The notes under the pieces were generated by a model. It saw nothing but the letters and a program-made list of their open reading frames with translations. It had not been told where the DNA came from and made no database searches. A stretch of 17,067 nucleotides of DNA from Nanobdellota archaeon (GTDB lineage: Archaea > Nanobdellota > Nanobdellia > SCGC-AAA011-G17 > JACPNG01), in assembly GCA_038046345.1 (NCBI GenBank), contig JBBSWJ010000007.1, forward strand, positions 10,129 to 27,195, read 5' to 3'. Positions 16,000 through 17,067 of this stretch are shown here, piece by piece. The position numbers and the translations under genes were made by a program. Position 1 is the first letter of the stretch. The number at the start of each line of letters is the position of its first letter.

Positions 16000-16262
16000 G
16001 AAAAAGGTCAGTGCTTAGCCAGGGATTAAGAAACATTTACAGATTATTTTCTCCAAGAACAAAGCGGATAGCTAGAGATGTAGCCAAAGAGACTGTTGAA
16101 GAAGGAAAACGACTCAGTGAGATGGCCATGCATAAAGCAAAGCAGGAAGCTCCAAACATAAAAAGAGTTCTTAAGAAAGAGACAACAAGATATGCTGAGA
16201 ATGTTAAAAAAGCAATTAGTCCACCTAAGAAAAGCAGAAAAACAAGTAAACGCATGGGATGA
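15996..16262 (+). CDS. Small basic helical protein, 88 aa (possibly phasin-like)
   Basis: Strong SD and ATGA overlaps with both neighbours. Charged amphipathic helical core with a K/R/S/P-rich tail. The phasin resemblance is inference only. Confidence 0.75.
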   Translation: MRKRSVLSQGLRNIYRLFSPRTKRIARDVAKETVEEGKRLSEMAMHKAKQEAPNIKRVLKKETTRYAENVKKAISPPKKSRKTSKRMG

Positions 16263-17067
16263 TTGAGTTTCTTTTAATCACTATTGGCCTTATTGGATTG
16301 CTAATAGCTTCTTTTTGTGATATTGAAACTCGTGAAGTTCCTAATTGGTTAAACTTTAGTCTAATAGCTTCAGGGTTAGGTATTCGTACAATTGGTTCAT
16401 TAAGTCAGTTAAATCTTTTTGTTATTATCTCTGGTCTTATTGGTATATTTTCTATGATCATTATTGGTACTGCTTTGTATTACACTAAACAATGGGGCGG
16501 CGGTGACACTAAACTTCTGATTGGTATTGGTGCATTATTTGGTTCTCTGTCTTTTAGCAGATGGTTCTTAGTTCATTTCTTGATTAATCTGGTGCTTATA
16601 GGCTCCATTTATGGTCTTGCATGGAGTATCTATCTGGCTATAAAACATCATAAACATTTTGTTAAAATTTTTAAGGCAGAAATTCCAGCGCATAAAAAAA
16701 GATTAAAAATATTTTTACCTGTTGCTATTTTGCTTTTTTTAATGTCTTTTTTCATAGAACACGCTATCATAAGTCTGATGCTGGCCTTATCAGGGGGATT
16801 AGTATTATTTTATGTTATAACCATTATCTTTGTAAAAACTGTGGAAGATGCTTGTATGTTTAGGAGTATTAAGATAAAACATTTAACAGAAGGAGACTGG
16901 ATTGCCCAGGATGTTTTTTCGGGTAAAAAAAAGATTTATTCTACAGCAGATCCTGGTGTTTCACGCACTCAGATATCTCTTATGCAAAAATTAAAGTTAA
17001 AACGTGTTTTGATTAAGGAAGGTGTTCCATTTGTTCCATCTTTTTTATTTACGATGATTGTTACTTT
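16259..17067 (+). CDS. A24 prepilin/preflagellin peptidase (PibD/FlaK-like), partial at the right edge
   Basis: Not in the ORF track. Open for 269 codons from ATG 16259. Both catalytic Asp are present (ASFCD21IETREVPN; QWGGGD83TKL), with multiple TM helices and a FlaK-type C-terminus (LTEGDWI...IKEGVPFVPSF). Confidence 0.93.
   Translation, partial: MIEFLLITIGLIGLLIASFCDIETREVPNWLNFSLIASGLGIRTIGSLSQLNLFVIISGLIGIFSMIIIGTALYYTKQWGGGDTKLLIGIGALFGSLSFSRWFLVHFLINLVLIGSIYGLAWSIYLAIKHHKHFVKIFKAEIPAHKKRLKIFLPVAILLFLMSFFIEHAIISLMLALSGGLVLFYVITIIFVKTVEDACMFRSIKIKHLTEGDWIAQDVFSGKKKIYSTADPGVSRTQISLMQKLKLKRVLIKEGVPFVPSFLFTMIVT

Noticed and set aside
2040-16255. Remaining short alternative-frame and antisense ORFs (e.g. 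2040-2414, 3332-3709, 9556-9843, 14973-15392, 16037-16255)
   Set aside because: They lie within or largely overlap clearly identified genes, show typical antisense composition and have no motifs.
1-17067. CRISPR array, transposase, integrase or intact defence system
   Set aside because: No regularly spaced repeats, terminal inverted repeats or recognisable recombinase or nuclease motifs were found by eye.

Overview
AT-rich, very compact archaeal chromosomal segment, most consistent with a DPANN (Woesearchaeota-like) genome. The lineage call is an inference from gene content, short protein variants and several KKG/KRG-type secreted proteins; it was not database-checked. Core genes: srp54 and ftsY in tandem, truD, the conserved gins-rpl44e-rps27e-eif2a-nop10-PAC2 cluster, pelota, a geranylgeranyl-reductase-family flavoprotein, a UbiB/ABC1 atypical kinase and an A24 prepilin/preflagellin peptidase. 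Interspersed are surface or secreted proteins (class III signal peptide candidates, a lipoprotein, Cys-rich proteins). Four genes missing from the ORF track were read by hand: a Cys-rich secreted protein running off the left edge, TTG-start nop10, a 32-aa membrane peptide, and the peptidase running off the right edge. No rRNA, tRNA, SRP RNA, CRISPR array or intact mobile element was seen. The best leads are a translationally coupled ABC1 kinase / basic helical protein / prepilin peptidase operon next to a divergent GGR, a frameshifted orphan inserted between rpl44e and rps27e, a toxin-antitoxin remnant, an acidic (CX3)4-loop-(CX3)4 hairpin in a surface protein, and apparent single-base lesions confined to accessory genes. 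No complete novel system can be proven from the sequence alone.
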